From Mageeibacillus sp. UBA1257 (GTDB lineage Bacteria > Bacillota > Clostridia > UBA1212 > UBA1257), in the NCBI GenBank assembly GCA_002308775.1, contig DBVT01000122.1:1-36454 (forward strand): 36,454 nt of DNA, written 5' to 3'. The position numbers and the translations under genes are program-made. Below are positions 34,007 through 36,454 of this stretch, piece after piece; position 1 is the first letter of the stretch; each line of letters starts with the position of its first letter. The notes under the pieces were generated by a model. That model was not told where the DNA came from. It saw nothing but the letters and a program-made list of their open reading frames with translations, and did no database searches.

Positions 34007-35374
34007 ATGAAAAAAGTGTTTAAGGTATTACTATTCACTCTCGCAGTGGCGCTTGTTATATCTGCTTTCTGCGCGCTGGGAGCGTTTGCCGACGAGACCG
34101 GTATAATCTCGATGGACAGCGACACGATAACACCCGTAGCTGCTCTCAAAGTTTCATTCGATATTCCCGAGGATCACGTGATCGATGAAAACGACTGGGT
34201 CGGAATCTACAGCGCGGACGCGGACATCGAAAGTATCGGGCCCGGTTCCGGCATAGGTATCTGGTGTTATCTCGGAACGAATACGTCTGACATGGGAGAA
34301 TACACAGACAGGCACGTTGAGATCACTTTCGACTACACGACGAGTTATGCGGGCAACTGGCCTCTCGCTCCCGGAGAATATCAGGTCCTTCTGTTTTACG
34401 AGGGAGAATATGCAGTCGATGCTCATCACAGCTTCACGGTAGTTGACAAGATCATTTCGATGGACACGAGCATGGTGACGTCCGGCGACCCGATGACCGT
34501 AAAAATCAATCTCCCCGAAGACCACGCGTTGGCGGGAGACGACTGGATCGGTATTTACAAAAAAGAGATCGACAACAATAATGTGCAAAGCGGTTCCGGC
34601 ATGGGCATATGGTGCTACCTCGGATCGAACACACAGTCTTACGGAACTCCGGAAAACCGCCAGTTCGAGCTCAAATTCGATGAAGAACTCAGCGTCACCG
34701 GCAACTGGCCGCTCGCTCCCGGAGACTACAAGTTCCTTCTTTTCTACAATGATTCGTACAAGGTCGCAGACTATTTTGAATTCACTGTAAAGGACAAGGC
34801 AGCCGAGGACAAGAAAGTCGTCTATATGGACAAGAACGAATTTTACCCGGGGGAAACGCTCGAGGTAAAGATCGATCTGCCGGAGGGGCACAGCCTTGAA
34901 AGCAAAGACTGGATAGGCATTTACAGCGCGGAAGTTGAAAATAATAACGTTTATGCCGGAGCAGGCATCGGAATGTGGTGCTACATCGGATCGAACACTC
35001 AGTCATTCGAACCGATGGAGAGCAGTCATCTGTTGGTCGAAGTGGACGAAGCTATAGCGACAGTGCCGGAAAACTGGCCGCTTGCGCCGGGAGAGTGGAA
35101 GGTATTTCTTTTCTACAATGATTCGTACACGGTCGCAGACTATTTCCAATTCACTGTAGTTGAAAAGCCTGCGACTCCTACGCCCGAGCCTACGGCGACT
35201 CCGGAGGCCACAGAAGCTCCGACAGATGATCCCGCGGACGCTCCGACTGCTGCTCCCACCGAAAAACCTGCAGAGAAAAAGGGCTGCGGTTCTGCAGTCG
35301 TATCATCTGCCCTGGTTGCCGCATCCGTTTTACTCGGAACGGCATTAATAGTGAGAAAGAAAGATAATGAATAA
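34007..35374 (+). CDS. Exported surface protein with three tandem ~116-aa modules, a Pro/Thr-rich stalk and a C-terminal membrane anchor
   Basis: Signal peptide MKKVFKVLLFTLAVALVISAFCALGAFA. Three modules share DW[VI]GIY, G[IM]G[IM]WCY[LI]G[ST]NT, NWPLAPG[ED][YW] and LLFY/FLFY...F[TE]FTV. A PATPTPEPTATPEATEAP stalk follows. The C-terminus is KKGCGS plus a hydrophobic helix plus RKKDNE. Confidence 0.85.
   Translation: MKKVFKVLLFTLAVALVISAFCALGAFADETGIISMDSDTITPVAALKVSFDIPEDHVIDENDWVGIYSADADIESIGPGSGIGIWCYLGTNTSDMGEYTDRHVEITFDYTTSYAGNWPLAPGEYQVLLFYEGEYAVDAHHSFTVVDKIISMDTSMVTSGDPMTVKINLPEDHALAGDDWIGIYKKEIDNNNVQSGSGMGIWCYLGSNTQSYGTPENRQFELKFDEELSVTGNWPLAPGDYKFLLFYNDSYKVADYFEFTVKDKAAEDKKVVYMDKNEFYPGETLEVKIDLPEGHSLESKDWIGIYSAEVENNNVYAGAGIGMWCYIGSNTQSFEPMESSHLLVEVDEAIATVPENWPLAPGEWKVFLFYNDSYTVADYFQFTVVEKPATPTPEPTATPEATEAPTDDPADAPTAAPTEKPAEKKGCGSAVVSSALVAASVLLGTALIVRKKDNE
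34103..35167 (+). repeat. Three in-frame tandem coding repeats (about 348 nt each)
   Basis: The modules cover aa 33-148, 149-264 and 271-387. Modules 2 and 3 keep a near-identical DNA stretch (TTCTTTTCTACAATGATTCGTACA[A/C]GGTCGCAGACTATTT..AATTCACTGTA) at about 34736-34790 and 35107-35158. Confidence 0.85.
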
Positions 35375-36454
35375 AAAAAGTTACGCGATAAAACTCTTTA
35401 TTGCCTCATTATGCCTCGGACTGTGTTCGGGGCTCTTTTTTGCGTGTACGGGAGGCGGAGGGAATGTTGACAACACTCCCCGGCCTGTGCCCGCATATAC
35501 TGAAGAAGAGGATGTTTACAACAACAGATCCAAAACGGAGGAGAGCAATCTCGCAGCGTTCGACGACCTCGGACGGGAAACTGTCTCCGCGGGTAAAATG
35601 CAGTCTGACAAGCAGGTGGGAATGTTTTATTTCCTGTGGATGGGAGCGCACGGGACGAATCTTTACGACAACACCGAGATACTGAAAAACGATCCCGAAG
35701 CATATGTTTCGGAGGAGGCCTGGACATCCGCCGGAGGAGGGTATGTCGGAGCGGCGCATTTCTGGGGCAGACCGCTGTTCGGATATTATTACGCCTGCGA
35801 GGAATGGGTCATCAGAAAGCATATACAGATGCTGGCGGACGCCGGAGTCGATTTTTTAGTCTTCGACACGACGAATTCAACGGGCAGTCCCTCGTCGGGA
35901 ACTTATTTTCAAAACGGCGGAAACAACAATACGTACATCGAGGCAGCGCTCACTGTCGCCAAGACAGTAAAAGAATTTATGGACAGCGGAAGAGCAGCTC
36001 CGAAGATCGCATTTTACACGAATTCGAATTCCGGAAAAGCGATGGATGTGATATATGAGGAATTCTACAAGGCGCACGGGGAATACAAAGACACGTGGTA
36101 CGAAATGGACGGAAAGCCGATGATCGTCGGAGTGACCGATTCCGCGAGTAAAAATGTGAAGGAGTTCTTCACTTTAAAGGAGTCTCAGTGGCCTTTTGCG
36201 CAGAAATCAGACAACGGATTCCCGTGGATGGAATTTCAGCGGCTGCTCACGGACGATTCTGTCTACGAGTTCAACGGGAGGAAGATCATGAGCGTTTCCG
36301 TTGCCCAGCACAATGTTACGTGCAGGATGAGCGCAGCAGCCTGGTACGGCGGACAGGACAGGACGAGGAGCTGGCACGACGGAGCAGTCGACAAGTCTGA
36401 AGGAGCCGTTTTGCGCGGTTACAATTTCGCTGAACAGTGGGAGTTTGCGATCGC
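35367..36454 (+). CDS. Putative lipoprotein, possible glycoside-hydrolase-like fold, 3' partial at window edge
   Basis: This ORF is absent from the track because it has no stop within the window. ATG 35367 overlaps the upstream stop by 8 nt. I checked codon by codon at several points and saw no stop up to 36454. The N-terminus MNKKKSYAIKLFIASLCLGLCSGLFFAC-TGGGGN looks like a lipoprotein signal. The body contains GMFYFLWMGAHG and HFWGRPLFGYYYACEEWVIRKHIQMLADAGVDFLVFDTTN, which reads like a TIM-barrel glycosidase. The family is not identified. Confidence 0.72.
   Translation, partial: MNKKSYAIKLFIASLCLGLCSGLFFACTGGGGNVDNTPRPVPAYTEEEDVYNNRSKTEESNLAAFDDLGRETVSAGKMQSDKQVGMFYFLWMGAHGTNLYDNTEILKNDPEAYVSEEAWTSAGGGYVGAAHFWGRPLFGYYYACEEWVIRKHIQMLADAGVDFLVFDTTNSTGSPSSGTYFQNGGNNNTYIEAALTVAKTVKEFMDSGRAAPKIAFYTNSNSGKAMDVIYEEFYKAHGEYKDTWYEMDGKPMIVGVTDSASKNVKEFFTLKESQWPFAQKSDNGFPWMEFQRLLTDDSVYEFNGRKIMSVSVAQHNVTCRMSAAAWYGGQDRTRSWHDGAVDKSEGAVLRGYNFAEQWEFAI

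Noticed and set aside
35636-36400. Track ORFs 35636-36058 (+), 36188-36400 (+) and the minus-strand ORFs 35398-35822.
   Set aside because: All are out of frame with the long open frame starting at 35367, which has a lipoprotein signal and conserved-looking hydrolase-type motifs. Their translations are Arg-rich and motif-less.
1-36454. Search for CRISPR arrays, tRNA/rRNA genes, transposases, integrases, restriction-modification, toxin-antitoxin or other known defence genes.
   Set aside because: No regularly spaced direct repeats, no cloverleaf-like or rRNA-like intergenic sequence, and no ORF with recombinase, nuclease or methylase motifs of those classes were seen. The intergenic regions are short or explained by promoters, terminators and leaders.

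Overview
The window looks like a Firmicutes (Clostridia-like) chromosomal segment. I call 32 protein genes, 30 on the + strand, and found no rRNA, tRNA, CRISPR array, transposase or integrase.

Layout:
- (a) 2-3157: a 5'-truncated glycyl radical enzyme (GRE) plus its radical-SAM activase.
- (b) 3779-13587: a probable long envelope operon. It holds a CapD/PglF-like sugar dehydratase, an LCP ligase, an ABC-2 ATPase and permease, GldG-like and DUF4340-like proteins, an orphan membrane protein and CvpA.
- (c) 13756-17075: the conserved rpmG-secE-nusG-rplK-rplA-(L10 leader)-rplJ-rplL block. rpmG is too short to appear in the ORF track.
- (d) 17262-20205: in place of rpoBC, a cytoplasmic heparinase II/III-like protein and a GT2-GtrA fusion.
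- (e) 20206-24052: a visibly low-GC two-gene cassette, about 37-40% GC in spot-counted lines versus about 52-65% in flanking lines. It encodes an 830-aa secreted multidomain protein and a 311-aa membrane-anchored orphan.
- (f) 24227-31933: housekeeping or accessory genes. These are flavodoxin, two tandem SPOUT methyltransferases, a GDPD phosphodiesterase, uvrC, a metallophosphoesterase and a lipid kinase.
- (g) 31992-36454: an ECF-type sigma domain fused in one polypeptide to a TM helix and a DUF5050-like beta-propeller. It is divergent from a surface protein with three tandem ~116-aa modules and from an unlisted, window-truncated lipoprotein ORF.

The two best candidates for an undescribed system are:
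- the membrane-tethered sigma unit with its ECF-type promoter and the repeat-protein/lipoprotein genes (31992-36454);
- the low-GC secreted-protein/membrane-partner cassette (20206-24052).

Neither is proven. All family assignments come from motif recognition by eye, not from searches.
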